This document shows, in pieces, positions 5,761-7,140 of a stretch of 7,140 nt of DNA (its first letter is position 1; each line of letters begins with the position of its first letter). A model generated the notes under the pieces. It was not told where the DNA came from. It saw only the letters and a list, made by a program, of their open reading frames with translations, and made no database searches. The position numbers were made by a program, and so were the translations under genes. The stretch is from Escherichia coli (GTDB lineage: Bacteria; Pseudomonadota; Gammaproteobacteria; Enterobacterales; Enterobacteriaceae): NCBI RefSeq assembly GCF_003334335.1, contig NZ_QOWQ01000073.1. One strand, given 5' to 3'.

Positions 5761-5788
5761 CACCCTCACTCTGATTAAGGAAATGCTG

Positions 5789-5944
5789 ATGAAACGACAT
5801 CTGAATACCTGCTACAGGCTGGTATGGAATCACATTACGGGCGCTTTCGTGGTTGCCTCCGAACTGGCCCGCGCACGGGGTAAACGTGGCGGTGTGGCGG
5901 TTGCACTGTCTCTTGCCGCGGTCACGTCACTCCCGGTGCTGGCT
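5789..5944 (+). other. Extended autotransporter signal peptide (ESPR type) of Ag43, 52 aa
   Basis: MKRHLNTCYRLVWNHITGAFVVASE is the conserved ESPR extension. It is followed by a basic n-region (RARGKRGG), a hydrophobic core (VAVALSLAAVTSL) and PVLA|AD, which fits an AxA-type cleavage site. Confidence 0.8.
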
Positions 5945-7140
5945 GCTGACATCGTTGTGCACCCGGGTGAAACAGTGAATGGCGGAACACTGGTAAACCA
6001 TGACAACCAGTTTGTATCCGGAACAGCTGATGGCGTGACTGTCAGTACCGGGCTTGAGCTGGGGCCGGACAGTGACGAAAACACCGGCGGGCAATGGATA
6101 AAAGCGGGTGGCACAGGCAGAAACACCACTGTCACCGCAAATGGTCGTCAGATTGTGCAGGCAGGAGGAACTGCCAGTGATACGGTTATTCGTGATGGCG
6201 GAGGGCAGAGCCTTAACGGACTGGCGGTGAACACCACGCTGGATAACAGAGGTGAGCAGTGGGTACACGGGGGAGGGAAAGCTGCCGGTACAATTATTAA
6301 CCAGGATGGTTACCAGACCATAAAACATGGCGGACTGGCAACCGGAACCATCGTCAACACCGGTGCAGAAGGTGGTCCGGAGTCTGAAAATGTGTCCAGC
6401 GGTCAGATGGTCGGAGGGACGGCTGAATCCACCACCATCAACAAAAATGGCCGGCAGGTTATCTGGTCTTCGGGGATGGCACGGGACACCCTCATTTACG
6501 CCGGTGGTGACCAGACGGTACACGGAGAGGCACATAACACCCGGCTGGAGGGGGGTAACCAGTATGTACACAACGGTGGCACGGCAACAGAGACGCTGAT
6601 AAACCGTGATGGCTGGCAGGTGATTAAGGAAGGAGGAACTGCCGCGCATACCACCATCAACCAGAAAGGAAAGCTGCAGGTGAATGCCGGCGGTAAAGCG
6701 TCTGATGTCACCCAGAACACGGGCGGTGCACTGGTTACCAGTACAGCTGCAACCGTCACCGGCACAAACCGCCTGGGAGCATTCTCCGTTGTGGCGGGTA
6801 AGGCTGATAATGTCGTACTGGAAAATGGCGGACGTCTGGATGTGCTGAGCGGACACACAGCCACTAATACCCGCGTGGATGATGGCGGAACGCTGGATGT
6901 CCGCAATGGTGGTACCGCTACCACCGTATCCATGGGGAATGGCGGGGTACTGCTGGCCGATTCCGGGGCCGCTGTCAGTGGTACCCGGAGCGACGGAACG
7001 GCATTCCGTATCGGAGGCGGTCAGGCGGATGCCCTGATGCTGGAAAAAGGCAGTTCCTTCACACTGAACGCCGGTGATACGGCCACGGATACCACGGTAA
7101 ATGGCGGACTGTTCACCGCCAGGGGCGGCACACTGGCGGG
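5789..7140 (+). CDS. flu: Antigen 43 (Ag43) self-associating autotransporter adhesin; 5' part only, ORF continues past the window end
   Basis: This ORF is absent from the track because it has no stop in the window. ATG 5789 is preceded by AAGGAA at 5777-5782, and the frame stays open for 450 codons to position 7140. The translation begins MKRHLNTCYRLVWNHITGAFVVASELARARGKRGGVAVALSLAAVTSLPVLAADIVVHPGETVNGG.... It continues with Gly/Thr/Asn-rich ~19-20-aa beta-helix repeats such as GGTASDTVIRDGGGQSLNG and GGTATTVSMGNGGVLLADSG. I recognise it as Ag43. Confidence 0.95.
   Translation, partial: MKRHLNTCYRLVWNHITGAFVVASELARARGKRGGVAVALSLAAVTSLPVLAADIVVHPGETVNGGTLVNHDNQFVSGTADGVTVSTGLELGPDSDENTGGQWIKAGGTGRNTTVTANGRQIVQAGGTASDTVIRDGGGQSLNGLAVNTTLDNRGEQWVHGGGKAAGTIINQDGYQTIKHGGLATGTIVNTGAEGGPESENVSSGQMVGGTAESTTINKNGRQVIWSSGMARDTLIYAGGDQTVHGEAHNTRLEGGNQYVHNGGTATETLINRDGWQVIKEGGTAAHTTINQKGKLQVNAGGKASDVTQNTGGALVTSTAATVTGTNRLGAFSVVAGKADNVVLENGGRLDVLSGHTATNTRVDDGGTLDVRNGGTATTVSMGNGGVLLADSGAAVSGTRSDGTAFRIGGGQADALMLEKGSSFTLNAGDTATDTTVNGGLFTARGGTLA

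Noticed and set aside
5830-6933. Long minus-strand track ORFs 5927..6856 (309 aa), 6496..6933 (145 aa) and 5830..6135 (101 aa), plus + strand 6327..6599
   Set aside because: They lie entirely within, and antisense or out of frame to, the recognisable Ag43 ORF. Their products are Pro/Ser/Thr/Val/Cys-rich low-complexity strings. GC-rich repetitive coding DNA typically leaves shadow frames open like this.

Overview
The window reads as part of an E. coli-type CP4-like genomic island. I recognise the families by eye from the translations; no database search was run. Left to right on the + strand unless noted: a long C-rich untranslated stretch; a small AlpA-family HTH regulator (776..982); an uncharacterised 190-aa ORF (1068..1640); a convergent minus-strand DUF3987/YfjI-like protein (1761..3251) in a low-GC block; a 1.33-kb AT-rich gap with no convincing ORF (3252..4582); an intact YeeP/YkfA/YfjP-family GTPase (4583..5455); the agn43 (flu) control region with three GATC sites in an OxyR-type operator; an IsrC-like leader ending in a strong intrinsic terminator; and the 5' 1.35 kb of antigen 43. 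The Ag43 ORF runs off the right edge and is therefore missing from the supplied ORF track. I see no CRISPR array, tRNA, rRNA or IS element, and no convincing new multi-gene system. The least explained items are a perfect 30-bp palindrome with two GATC sites in the AT-rich gap, a strong terminator 17 nt before the yeeP start codon, and the orf190 plus DUF3987 pair. All functional readings of these are hypotheses.
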